Positions 54,825 to 64,000 of a stretch of DNA of 64,000 bases are shown here, piece after piece. Position 1 is the stretch's first letter. Each line of letters starts with the position of its first letter. Source of the DNA: Bacillales bacterium. GTDB lineage: Bacteria > Bacillota_I > Bacilli_A > RFN20 > CAG-449. The notes beneath the pieces are model-generated. The model saw only the letters and a list, made by a program, of their open reading frames with translations, was not told the origin of the DNA and did not search any database. The translations under genes and the position numbers were made by a program. Location of the stretch: NCBI GenBank assembly GCA_029006735.1, contig JAQXGN010000037.1:9894-73893 (forward strand), written 5' to 3'.

Positions 54825-55346
54825 ATGTATAGAGATATTATTGCCAAAACCTTAGTAGGCAAAGGGAAATTAAATCAATTGATAGAAAAAAAGATTAAAT
54901 TAGAAGAATTTGTATCCAAATTATTAGGATGTTGGGTTATTAATTTATCTTATGAAACAAAAAAAGAAAAAGATGATGTAATAATTGAAGGATCATTTGA
55001 TATTCAATTATGGTATGCATTTGAAAACGATAGAAAAAGCCAGGTTTATGTGGAAAAAGTAGATTTTAAAGAGACTATAAAAATGTTTTATCGTGATTAC
55101 CGAATATATGATGAAGAATCATTTATTAAGGTATATGTAAACACATATCCAAAGTGTTCAAAGATGGAAATAGTTGATGGAGAAGTTAATCTAGTAATTG
55201 AAGGAGTATATTATATTGATTGTTTTCAAGATGCACTTTTACAAGTTAACTGTCTAGATGAATATGTTGAAGATGTTTCTTTAGATGAAGAAATTGTGAT
55301 GAATGTTAATCCAAATTATATTGAGACGAACAAGCAAAAAGAATAA
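54825..55346 (+). CDS. cotE: Spore coat morphogenetic protein CotE homologue
   Basis: 173 aa. It is collinear with my recollection of B. subtilis CotE (YR-II-K--VGKG, GCWVIN, EG-FDIQLWYA, acidic C-terminus) and occupies the ymcA-cotE-mutS position. Confidence 0.75.
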   Translation: MYRDIIAKTLVGKGKLNQLIEKKIKLEEFVSKLLGCWVINLSYETKKEKDDVIIEGSFDIQLWYAFENDRKSQVYVEKVDFKETIKMFYRDYRIYDEESFIKVYVNTYPKCSKMEIVDGEVNLVIEGVYYIDCFQDALLQVNCLDEYVEDVSLDEEIVMNVNPNYIETNKQKE

Positions 55347-55431
55347 CAAAGTGATTTGATTTTCTTTTTAGTTTGCTCTACACAATAGATAATATTTTTT
55401 GTATAATATTATCTAATAGGTAGGTGTAAGT

Positions 55432-57960
55432 ATGATAAAAGCAAAAAAGTATTCACCAATGATTCAACAATATTTATTAGTTAAGGAGAAACATCAAGAT
55501 ACATTAATTCTTTTTCGTGTCGGTGATTTTTATGAATTGTTTTTTGAAGATGCAAAAATTGCTTCTAAAGAACTTCAATTAGTATTAACAGGAAAATCTG
55601 CAGGGGTAGAAGAAAGAGTACCTATGTGTGGAGTTCCTCATCATGCTATATCTACATATATTGATAAGTTAATAAAAAAAGGTTATAAAGTTGGTATTGT
55701 AGAACAAACTGAAGATCCTAGTTTAGCAAAAGGATTAGTCAGTCGTGATGTCGTTCAAATAATTACTCCAGGCGCAGTTATTGATATGAAAAATAAAGAT
55801 AATAATTATATCGGAGCATTAGATAGTACAGATAATTATTATGTTTTTTCTTATGGAGATGTTTCTACTGGTGAATTGTATGTAGAAAATTTAGAAAAGG
55901 ATTTAGATATTGTATTATCGGAAATAGATAATTTATCTATTAAAGAAATAGTAGTATCTACTGCATTTGACGCACAAAAATTAATGTTAATTAAATCTAG
56001 AAGAAATATCGTTATTTCTTATGAAAATGATAACCATGTTTCAATTGAACATGAGTATATTTTATCTAACGTTTATGATTTGGAACAAAGAAAGAATGTT
56101 GTTAGATTATATAATTATTTAAAGAATACACAAAAGAATTCTTTAGATTATATGCAAATTTGTAAAGTGATTCGTTCATCTCAAGCAATGTCTATTGATG
56201 CTTTTTCACGTAATAATTTAGAACTAACTAGAACTATTAGAAGTGAAGAATCATATGGTACTTTATTTTGGTTATTAGATCAAACTAAGACAAATATGGG
56301 TTCACGTTTATTAAAAAAATGGGTTGTTAAACCACTTACTGATATAAAGGAAATAAACGCTAGATTAGATATTGTTAGTTGTTTAAATGATAATTATTTT
56401 GTTCGTGGAGATTTAATTAGAGATTTAAAAGATATCTATGATTTAGAAAGACTTGTTTCTAAAATTAATTTTGGTTCTGCGACAGGTAGAGATTTATTAC
56501 AATTAAAAAGATCATTACAAATTGTTCCATCTTTCTTATATAATCTTCATCAATTAAAAAATAAACATATTGAAAAATTGCAAGGAATAGATTTTGATTT
56601 TGTGGAGTTAACTGATTTACTTGAAAGGGCTATTGATGAAGACGCACCAATCACTGTTAAAGAAGGCAATATTTTTAAAAGAGGTTATAGTCAGCAATTA
56701 GATGAACTATTAAGCATGAGCCAAGGTGGTAAAGCTTGGGTTGCTTCTCTAGAAGCAAAAGAAAAAGAAAAAACTGGCATTACAACTTTGAAAGTCGGAT
56801 TTAATAAAATATTTGGCTATTATATTGAAGTTAGTAAGGGTCAATTAGATAAAATTCAACCTGAATGGGGATATGAAAGAAAACAAACTACAATCAATTC
56901 AGAACGTTTTATTACTCAAGAATTAAAAGAACAAGAAGCGATGATTCTTACTGCAGATGAAAGAAGATGCGCATTAGAATATGAAATGTTCCAAAATTTA
57001 AGAAAACATGTTGTAACTTATACTACTAAACTTCAAACACTTGCAAGCTTAATTTCGTATATTGATGTTTTGATTTCTTTTTCAGAAGTATCGCTTGCAA
57101 ACCATTATGTAAGACCAACATTTAATGAAGAAAGAACAATTGATATTATTAATGGACGTCATCCAGTTATTGAAAAAGTTATGGAAAATGCAGAATACGT
57201 TCCTAATGATATCCATATGGATAAAAACACCGATATTTTAGTGATTACTGGACCAAATATGGGTGGTAAATCAACTTATATGCGTCAATTAGTTTTAATT
57301 GTTATTATGGCGCAGATTGGTTGTTTTGTTCCTGCAGATAAAGCAAATTTAATGATTTTTAATCAAATATTTACAAGGATTGGTGCTTCTGATGATTTAG
57401 TATCAGGTCAATCAACATTCATGGTAGAAATGAATGAAACTAATTATGCATTAAGACATGCGACTTGTGATTCATTATTAATTTTTGATGAAATTGGTCG
57501 AGGAACTGCAACATTTGATGGTATGGCTCTTGCTCAATCAATATTAGAATATATTGCGACTAAAATTAAAGCAAAGACATTATTTTCTACGCATTATTAT
57601 GAAATTACTTCTATTGAAGAAAAAATGCCAATGTTAAAAAATGTTCATGTTTCTGTAGCAGAAAAAGATAATGAAATCACACTATTATATCGCATTGAAA
57701 ATGGTGCGATGGGTAAATCATATGGTATTAATGTTGCAAAATTAGCTCATCTTCCTCAAGAATTGATTATTAGAGCAACTTCTATATTAGAAGAATTAAC
57801 AAAAGAACAAATTATTACATCAAAAGATGTATTAAAAGAAGTGATAAATGTTGAACCAGAATGGGTTAAAGAAGTTAAAGAAGTAGATCCTCTTTCTATG
57901 TCTCCTTTACAAGCATTAAATTTCTTATATGATTTAAAAAGAAAGATGGGTGATAAATAA
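55432..57960 (+). CDS. mutS: DNA mismatch repair protein MutS
   Basis: YSPMIQQYLLVKEKHQDTLILFRVGDFYELF mismatch-binding N-terminus and Walker A GPNMGGKST. Confidence 0.97.
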   Translation: MIKAKKYSPMIQQYLLVKEKHQDTLILFRVGDFYELFFEDAKIASKELQLVLTGKSAGVEERVPMCGVPHHAISTYIDKLIKKGYKVGIVEQTEDPSLAKGLVSRDVVQIITPGAVIDMKNKDNNYIGALDSTDNYYVFSYGDVSTGELYVENLEKDLDIVLSEIDNLSIKEIVVSTAFDAQKLMLIKSRRNIVISYENDNHVSIEHEYILSNVYDLEQRKNVVRLYNYLKNTQKNSLDYMQICKVIRSSQAMSIDAFSRNNLELTRTIRSEESYGTLFWLLDQTKTNMGSRLLKKWVVKPLTDIKEINARLDIVSCLNDNYFVRGDLIRDLKDIYDLERLVSKINFGSATGRDLLQLKRSLQIVPSFLYNLHQLKNKHIEKLQGIDFDFVELTDLLERAIDEDAPITVKEGNIFKRGYSQQLDELLSMSQGGKAWVASLEAKEKEKTGITTLKVGFNKIFGYYIEVSKGQLDKIQPEWGYERKQTTINSERFITQELKEQEAMILTADERRCALEYEMFQNLRKHVVTYTTKLQTLASLISYIDVLISFSEVSLANHYVRPTFNEERTIDIINGRHPVIEKVMENAEYVPNDIHMDKNTDILVITGPNMGGKSTYMRQLVLIVIMAQIGCFVPADKANLMIFNQIFTRIGASDDLVSGQSTFMVEMNETNYALRHATCDSLLIFDEIGRGTATFDGMALAQSILEYIATKIKAKTLFSTHYYEITSIEEKMPMLKNVHVSVAEKDNEITLLYRIENGAMGKSYGINVAKLAHLPQELIIRATSILEELTKEQIITSKDVLKEVINVEPEWVKEVKEVDPLSMSPLQALNFLYDLKRKMGDK

Positions 57961-59783
57961 TGGCAATAATTAAAGTAATGGACTCTCATCTTGCTAATAT
58001 GATTGCAGCAGGTGAAGTTATTGAAAGACCATCTTCTGTTATTAAAGAATTAGTTGAAAACTCTCTCGATGCTGGAGCAAAACATATTGAAGTAAGAATA
58101 TATGATGCAGGAAGAAGCAAAATCATTGTCAAAGATGATGGAAGTGGTATGGATCAAGAAGATGCAAAGAATGCATTTAAGCGCCATGCTTCAAGTAAAT
58201 TAACTGATGAATATCAATTATTTAAGATTAAGACAATGGGATTTAGAGGTGAGGCACTTCCTTCAATCGCTAGTGTATCAAAAGTAACGATGACTACTTC
58301 ACTAGGTGATGGTGTTGGAAGTAAGATTACTATTGTAAACGATGAAATGAAAGTGGAAAATTATTCTTCTCGAAAAGGGACAATTTTTACTATAGAAGAA
58401 TTATTTTATAATACTCCAGTTCGTTTGAAATTTTTAAAAACGGATGCGACAGAAAATGCAAATTCCTTAGAAGTTATGCAACGACTAGCAATGTCTAGAT
58501 GTGATGTTAGTTTTGATTTTTATATTGATGATCGCCATGTGTTTACAACATCTGGGAGAGGAGATTTATTAGAAGTAATCGCGAGAATTTATAATAATGA
58601 AACAGCAAAAAAAATGATACCAGTATCTTTCAAAGCTTTTGATTATGATATTGAAGGGTATATTGGTAAGCCAGAACTTGCAAAATCTAATCGTTATTAC
58701 ATGATAACAATTTTAAATCAGCGTAATGTTTATTTACCTAAAATGCAAAAAGCAATTATAGAAGCCTATAGTGATTTCATCTTTAATAGTAAATATCCTT
58801 TTGTTGTTTTAAAAATAAGAGTAGATCATGCTTTAGTTGATGTTAATGTTCATCCATCTAAAAAGGAAGTTAGGTTATCAAATGATGAAAGAATATGTGA
58901 TTCTGTATTTAATTTGATAAAGGATACTTTAAAAGAACTTAAGCCTTTAACAAGCGGACCAACATATGAAAAAAAAGAGAATAATACTGATTTAGTTATA
59001 AATAATCAAAAAGAAGCAATTTCTTTATTGCTTGATGAAGAAGAAAATGTCTGCACATTAAAAGAATCAAATATAATTCGTCCAAGCATTAATAAAAAAA
59101 GTATAGAATTAGATGTTGATTTATCTCAATTTGATGAAGATGTAGTATTAGAAAATAACAAAATAAAAGAACAACAAAATATAGAAATAAAGAAACCAAA
59201 AAGACCTTATATGATCCCTCTATGCCAAATTCATAATACTTATATTATTTGTCAAGGAGAGGATGGAATGTTTTTAATTGATCAACATGCAGCAAACGAA
59301 CGAATTAATTATGAAAAATTTAACAAATTATTAAATAATCATGTTGATATTGTTGAGCCATTATTCCCATATATGATTAATCTCAATCCAAGTGAAGTGC
59401 TCAGATTAGATGAGAAAAAATTAGATATTTTAAAACAGATTGGTTTGGAAGTAGAACTATTTGGAAATAATACTTTAAAGATTTCTAAAATGCCTTCTTT
59501 TATTAAAGAGTATGATGAAGGTAGTTATATTGAAGAATTAATTGAACAAGTCTTATCCAAGGATAAAATTGATGTAGAATTTGTTAGAAAACATGTAATA
59601 TCAACTTTAGCTTGTAAGGCAAGTATTAAAGCAAATGATAAATTATCATTAATTGAAATGAAAGATTTAATTGATGATTTATTTGATTGTGAAAATCCAA
59701 CTTGTTGTCCTCATGGAAGACCGACGATTATTCATTTCTCTAAATATGATATCGAAAAGATGTTTAAAAGGTCAGGTATTTAG
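57960..59783 (+). CDS. mutL: DNA mismatch repair protein MutL
   Basis: GHKL ATPase N-terminus ANMIAAGEVIERPSSVIKELVENSLDAG. 1-nt overlap with the mutS stop. Confidence 0.96.
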   Translation: MAIIKVMDSHLANMIAAGEVIERPSSVIKELVENSLDAGAKHIEVRIYDAGRSKIIVKDDGSGMDQEDAKNAFKRHASSKLTDEYQLFKIKTMGFRGEALPSIASVSKVTMTTSLGDGVGSKITIVNDEMKVENYSSRKGTIFTIEELFYNTPVRLKFLKTDATENANSLEVMQRLAMSRCDVSFDFYIDDRHVFTTSGRGDLLEVIARIYNNETAKKMIPVSFKAFDYDIEGYIGKPELAKSNRYYMITILNQRNVYLPKMQKAIIEAYSDFIFNSKYPFVVLKIRVDHALVDVNVHPSKKEVRLSNDERICDSVFNLIKDTLKELKPLTSGPTYEKKENNTDLVINNQKEAISLLLDEEENVCTLKESNIIRPSINKKSIELDVDLSQFDEDVVLENNKIKEQQNIEIKKPKRPYMIPLCQIHNTYIICQGEDGMFLIDQHAANERINYEKFNKLLNNHVDIVEPLFPYMINLNPSEVLRLDEKKLDILKQIGLEVELFGNNTLKISKMPSFIKEYDEGSYIEELIEQVLSKDKIDVEFVRKHVISTLACKASIKANDKLSLIEMKDLIDDLFDCENPTCCPHGRPTIIHFSKYDIEKMFKRSGI

Positions 59784-59785
59784 TT

Positions 59786-60667
59786 ATGATTATTTGTATA
59801 GTTGGACCTACCGGAGTAGGAAAATCTTCTTTGGCGCTTCGAATTGCAAAAGAAGTTAATGGAGAAATTATTAATGGTGATGCATTCCAAATTTATAAAG
59901 AAATGGATATTGGAACAGCAAAACCTACTAATGAAGAAAGAAAAATAGTACCTCATCATCTATTTGATTATGTTGATCCAACATATCAATTTTCTGTATA
60001 TGACTATCAAAAAAACTTAAGAGAAAAGATCGATGAATTATTAAAGAAAAATGTTCCTCTTATTGTATGTGGTGGAACAGGTATGTATCTTAAAGCAAGT
60101 TTCTATGATTTTGATTTAAGAAAACAAGAAAAAGAAGTTGATATGTCATTATATGAAAATATGACAAATGAAGAACTTCATGATAAATTAAAAGAGATTG
60201 ATTATAATGAATCATTGAAGATTCATCCGAATAATCGTAAACGTGTTTTAAGAGCAATTCAAATTTATTTACAAGAAGGAAAAACTAAATCGAGTATTAT
60301 TGAAAGCCAAGAACATAAATTACTTTACAATGTAACATTTATAGGGTTAACTAAAGATAGAGAGTTACTAAATGAGATAATTGATGCAAGAGTAGATAAA
60401 ATGGTCGAATTAGGATTAGTTGAAGAGGTTCAATCTTTAATGAAAAAATACCCTCATTCCTTAAGATCATTCCAAGCGATTGGATATAAAGAATTAATAA
60501 ATGGGTTTGATAATAATCTACCTTTGAATGAAAGTATTGAATTAATAAAGAAAAACTCAAGAAATTATGCGAAAAGACAAATGACGTATTTTAATAATCA
60601 ATTAGATATTAATTGGTTTAATGATATAGAAGACGCTTATCGTTTTGCAATTACAAAATTAAAATAG
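59786..60667 (+). CDS. miaA: tRNA dimethylallyltransferase MiaA
   Basis: P-loop IVGPTGVGKS and QIYKEMDIGTAKP. Confidence 0.93.
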   Translation: MIICIVGPTGVGKSSLALRIAKEVNGEIINGDAFQIYKEMDIGTAKPTNEERKIVPHHLFDYVDPTYQFSVYDYQKNLREKIDELLKKNVPLIVCGGTGMYLKASFYDFDLRKQEKEVDMSLYENMTNEELHDKLKEIDYNESLKIHPNNRKRVLRAIQIYLQEGKTKSSIIESQEHKLLYNVTFIGLTKDRELLNEIIDARVDKMVELGLVEEVQSLMKKYPHSLRSFQAIGYKELINGFDNNLPLNESIELIKKNSRNYAKRQMTYFNNQLDINWFNDIEDAYRFAITKLK

Positions 60668-60678
60668 GAGGAAAGGAC

Positions 60679-62295
60679 ATGGAATTAGAAAATATATACG
60701 AAATCGCAAAAAAAGCAGGAATTAATGAAAAATATGTTGAACCTTATGGAAAATATAAAGCTAAAATTGATTTATCAATTATGGATGAATTAAAAGATAA
60801 ACCTAATGGTAAATTAGTTTTAGTAACTGCAATTACACCAACTAAAGCAGGTGAAGGAAAAACAACAATGTCTTGTGCTTTAACTGAAGGATTAAATAAA
60901 ATAGGTAAATCAGTAATGCTTTGCTTAAGAGAGCCTTCTTTAGGACCAGTTTTTGGCATAAAAGGAGGAGCGACTGGTGGAGGGAAAGTTGTAGTTGAGC
61001 CAAGTGAGGATATCAATCTTCATTTTACTGGCGATATGCATGCACTGACTTCATCAATTAACCTAATTTCTGCGGTAATTGATAATTCTATTTTCCAAGG
61101 TAATCCTTTAAATATTGATCCAGAACGAGTTGTATGGAAAAGAGCACTAGATATGAATGATCGTGCTTTAAGAGAAATTACTATAGCTCAAGGCAATAAA
61201 AATGGTGTTATTAGAAAAGATGGTTTTTTAATTACTGTTGCAAGTGAATTAATGGCGATTTTATGCTTAGCAACTTCACCTAGTGATTTTAAAGATCGTT
61301 TGAATAGAATTATTGTGGCTTATACATATGATGATTTGCCTGTATTTGTTAAAGATTTAAAGATTTCTAATGCGATTATGAAATTAATGCATGATGCATT
61401 TAAACCTAATTTAGTTCAAACAGGAGAACATAATCCTGCATTAATCCATGGTGGTCCTTTTGCTAATATTGCACATGGCTGTAATTCAATTATTGCGACA
61501 AAACTCGGATTAAAATTAAAAGATATCGTAGTTACTGAAGCAGGGTTTGGCGCAGATTTAGGCGCAGAAAAATTCTTAGACATTAAATGTCAAGAAGGCA
61601 ATTTAAAACCAGATTTAGTTGTGATGGTTGCAACTATTAGAGCGTTAAAAATGCATGGTGGACAATCTCTTGAAGATATTTCTTCATTAAATGTTGATGC
61701 ATTAAAAGAAGGGGTAAAAAACTTAAAACAACATCTTGAAAATATTCAAAAATTCGGATTAGATGTTTGTGTTGCGATTAACCATTTTGCTTCTGATCAC
61801 CAAGAAGAAGTAGATTGTTTAAAGAAATGGTGTGAAGATAATAATTATCGAGTGAGCTTTGTTGATGGATTCATTAAAGGTAGTGAAGGATGTATTGACT
61901 TAGCTAATATGGTTGTTGAAGCATTGAAAGATAATAACTCACATTATCATTCTTTATATAATAGAAAAGAAATGAATATTAAAGATAAGATTCGTTTATT
62001 ATGTAAAGAAGTTTATCGTGCAGATGATGTTATATTTATGGATAAAGCAATCAAGGATATTGAAAGATATGAGCAAATGGGATATAAGGATGCTTATATT
62101 TGTATGGCAAAAACACCTCAATCATTCTCAGATGATGCAAAAGTTTTAAATACACCTAGAGGGTTCTTTATTACTGTTAGAGAGGTAAATCTTTCAAGTG
62201 GGGCTAATTTCATTATTCCTTTAACTGGAAGTATATTAACAATGCCTGGCCTTCCAAAAGTTCCAGCAGCAGTTAAAATGGAAGAGGAGAATTAA
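60679..62295 (+). CDS. fhs: Formate--tetrahydrofolate ligase
   Basis: ITPTKAGEGKTT and GPVFGIKGGATGGG motifs. Confidence 0.95.
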   Translation: MELENIYEIAKKAGINEKYVEPYGKYKAKIDLSIMDELKDKPNGKLVLVTAITPTKAGEGKTTMSCALTEGLNKIGKSVMLCLREPSLGPVFGIKGGATGGGKVVVEPSEDINLHFTGDMHALTSSINLISAVIDNSIFQGNPLNIDPERVVWKRALDMNDRALREITIAQGNKNGVIRKDGFLITVASELMAILCLATSPSDFKDRLNRIIVAYTYDDLPVFVKDLKISNAIMKLMHDAFKPNLVQTGEHNPALIHGGPFANIAHGCNSIIATKLGLKLKDIVVTEAGFGADLGAEKFLDIKCQEGNLKPDLVVMVATIRALKMHGGQSLEDISSLNVDALKEGVKNLKQHLENIQKFGLDVCVAINHFASDHQEEVDCLKKWCEDNNYRVSFVDGFIKGSEGCIDLANMVVEALKDNNSHYHSLYNRKEMNIKDKIRLLCKEVYRADDVIFMDKAIKDIERYEQMGYKDAYICMAKTPQSFSDDAKVLNTPRGFFITVREVNLSSGANFIIPLTGSILTMPGLPKVPAAVKMEEEN

Positions 62296-62302
62296 TTGTA
62301 AA

Positions 62303-63130
62303 ATGGAATATTTACTTGGAAAACAAATTGCGATAGAAAAAAAGGCGAAGGTATTAGAAGAAGTAAAAGAATTTACGGTAAAACCTAAATATGTTGTATT
62401 AGTTAATAAGGATGATCCATCAAGTTTAGGCTATGTGAGAATGCAAGAAAAAAATGCATTATCAGTAGGTATTGAATTCGAACAAATTTTAATGGAGCCA
62501 ACAAATGAATGTTATTTTGACACTATTAATCGTTTGAATAATGATGATTCAGTAACAGCAATTATGGTTACTAGACCATTATTTAAAGGAGCACAAGAAG
62601 ACAAAATATTAAGTTTGATTTCACCGGTAAAAGATGTTGATGCGATGAATCCAGTTTCTTTAAGTGAAGTGTTTGTTGGTAAAAAAGATGCAGTTGCACC
62701 TGCGACAGCTCAAGCAATTAGTGATATGTTAGATTATTACCATATTGATGTAAAAGGCAAGGATGTTTTAGTTATTGGAAGATCATTAACAGTTGGTAAA
62801 CCAGTTGGTGTTATGTTATTAAATAAAAATGCAACAATAACTTTCGCACATACTAAAACAGTCGATCTAGATAAGAAGATGGCTCTTGCAGATATAATTG
62901 TTGCAGCAGTTGGTAAACCATTAATTATCGATGGAAGTAAAGCAAAAGATGGCGCGATAATTATTGATGCTGGAATTCATTATTTAGATGATGGAAGAAT
63001 TGTAGGAGATGTAAAAGAATCAAATAAATTATTATATTTATCTAAAGTTCCTGGTGGAGTCGGAAGCGTTACTTCTAGTTGCTTAATGGAAAACATTTTA
63101 AAACTTTATAAAAAACAAAGAGGCCTATAA
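62303..63130 (+). CDS. folD: Bifunctional methylene-THF dehydrogenase/methenyl-THF cyclohydrolase
   Basis: GRSLTVGKPVG and PGGVGSVT motifs, adjacent to fhs. Confidence 0.9.
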   Translation: MEYLLGKQIAIEKKAKVLEEVKEFTVKPKYVVLVNKDDPSSLGYVRMQEKNALSVGIEFEQILMEPTNECYFDTINRLNNDDSVTAIMVTRPLFKGAQEDKILSLISPVKDVDAMNPVSLSEVFVGKKDAVAPATAQAISDMLDYYHIDVKGKDVLVIGRSLTVGKPVGVMLLNKNATITFAHTKTVDLDKKMALADIIVAAVGKPLIIDGSKAKDGAIIIDAGIHYLDDGRIVGDVKESNKLLYLSKVPGGVGSVTSSCLMENILKLYKKQRGL

Positions 63131-63133
63131 TTT

Positions 63134-63328
63134 ATGGAATCAAATGAATATGGATTAAATGATATTGTGGAGATGAAAAAACCACATCCATGTGTTAATA
63201 AATCGAAAGTATTTCAAATAATTCGTTTAGGTGCAGATATTAAAATTAAATGTTTAGGATGTGGAAATATTATTATGCTTCCTAGAAATGATTTTAATAA
63301 AAAAGTGAAAAAACTAATAAAAGAATAA
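63134..63328 (+). CDS. DUF951-family small protein
   Basis: 64 aa with the KKPHPC...RLGADIKIKCLGCG pattern typical of DUF951. Confidence 0.65.
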   Translation: MESNEYGLNDIVEMKKPHPCVNKSKVFQIIRLGADIKIKCLGCGNIIMLPRNDFNKKVKKLIKE

Positions 63329-63348
63329 TTGTTTTAGACAAAATTAAT

Positions 63349-63384
63349 AAATCACCGATATTAGATAATAGAGGTGATTTTTTT
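63349..63384 (+). terminator. Hairpin plus T-tract whose 3' arm contains the Shine-Dalgarno of the next gene
   Basis: Stem aaatcacc (63349-63356) / ggtgattt (63373-63380) followed by T residues. GAGGTGA is also the only SD for the GTG at 63385. Confidence 0.5.
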
Positions 63385-64000
63385 GTGGAGTTTTTCAAAG
63401 TTAAAAATCTTAAAAAGAAGTATGGTGATGAATTAATATTTGAAAATGTCAATTTCACTTTGCCTTCAAAAGGAATTATTGGTTTAGTTGGTGAATCTGG
63501 ATCAGGTAAATCTACTTTACTTAAATGTTTAATGGGCATTGAAAGCCCTGATGAAGGAGAAGTATTCTTTGAAGGTAAAAAAATAAAAGATTTCGCAAAC
63601 TTTAGAAATAATGATGCATCAATTGTTTATCAAAATTATAATCTAATTTCTTTTTTAAATGGCTATCAAAATATTACTTTAGGAACATTTAAAAAAGTTC
63701 ATAAGAAAAGAATTTTTGAAGTTGCATCTTTTTTTAATATTGAAAATAAACTTTTTCAAAAAATAGATACTCTTTCTGGAGGAGAAAAACAAAGAATTGC
63801 TCTTGCAAGAGCGTATATTGCTCATCCGAAAATTATTTTTTGTGATGAACCAACTGGATCATTGGATGAAGAAAACGCTGATGCAATTATGGAAAAATTA
63901 AAAAAGATTAGTAAGGATTGCTTAGTTTTTCTTATAACACATAATAATGAATATTTAAGTCGATATTGTAATGGATATTTAAAAATAGAAAATAAAACAG
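63385..64000 (+). CDS. ABC transporter ATP-binding protein (3' end outside the window)
   Basis: My translation from GTG 63385 gives VEFFKVKNLKKKYGDE.., Walker A GESGSGKST, signature LSGGEKQR, and Walker B IIFCDEP. It is absent from the ORF track because there is no stop inside the window. Confidence 0.8.
   Translation, partial: MEFFKVKNLKKKYGDELIFENVNFTLPSKGIIGLVGESGSGKSTLLKCLMGIESPDEGEVFFEGKKIKDFANFRNNDASIVYQNYNLISFLNGYQNITLGTFKKVHKKRIFEVASFFNIENKLFQKIDTLSGGEKQRIALARAYIAHPKIIFCDEPTGSLDEENADAIMEKLKKISKDCLVFLITHNNEYLSRYCNGYLKIENKT

Noticed and set aside
1-64000. Search by eye for CRISPR arrays, rRNA genes, IS or transposase genes, toxin-antitoxin pairs, restriction-modification or other defence systems
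   Set aside because: No regularly spaced direct repeats were found, no 16S/23S/5S signatures, and no transposase, integrase or phage-like ORFs other than XerC. Every sizeable ORF is accounted for by housekeeping or membrane functions. I therefore do not claim a defence island here.

Overview
The window is a low-GC (about 30%), gene-dense stretch of core chromosome from a Firmicutes-type bacterium. It uses the standard code: TGA ends trmFO and xerC, and Trp is TGG.

Gene order follows several Bacillus-like synteny blocks:
- rpsP-khpA-rimM-trmD, here inverted relative to rplS-lepB-rbgA-rnhB
- dprA-topA-[oppABCDF]-trmFO-xerC
- rpsB-tsf-pyrH-frr-cdsA-dxr-rseP-polC
- cvpA, mgtC, rdgB-cdaA-surE and a solitary tRNA-Val
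- dnaD-nth, convergent with ponA-recU
- gpsB-rnpB-pgsA-cinA-recA-rny-ymdB-spoVS
- miaB-ymcA-cotE-mutS-mutL-miaA, then fhs-folD

spoVS and cotE point to an endospore former. The strongly expanded Opp transporter and the extended S2 resemble Mollicutes or Erysipelotrichia-type lineages, but that taxonomic guess is only an inference. I found no rRNA, CRISPR array, transposase, prophage or recognisable defence system.

The observations most worth a second look are:
1. A monocistronic, signal-peptide-less protein of 155 aa with 15 cysteines clustered at both termini around a DUF11-like beta-sandwich. It sits where B. subtilis carries cotD, so it is a candidate disulfide-crosslinked spore-surface subunit.
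2. An in-frame fusion of a CCA-adding-type nucleotidyltransferase head/neck to a complete M19 dipeptidase domain.
3. Large insertions in OppD (about 365 aa), OppF (about 100 aa) and OppC (about 190 aa extracellular loop), together with an 802-aa OppA.
4. RNase P RNA packed between gpsB and pgsA with no room for its own promoter or terminator.
5. Smaller oddities: duplications in S2 and RNase Y, cdaA coupled to surE instead of cdaR-glmM, hairpins that embed the next gene's Shine-Dalgarno, G37 in tRNA-Val, and genes missing from conserved clusters.

All functional calls rest on motifs read from the supplied translations plus remembered family signatures and synteny. No database search was run.
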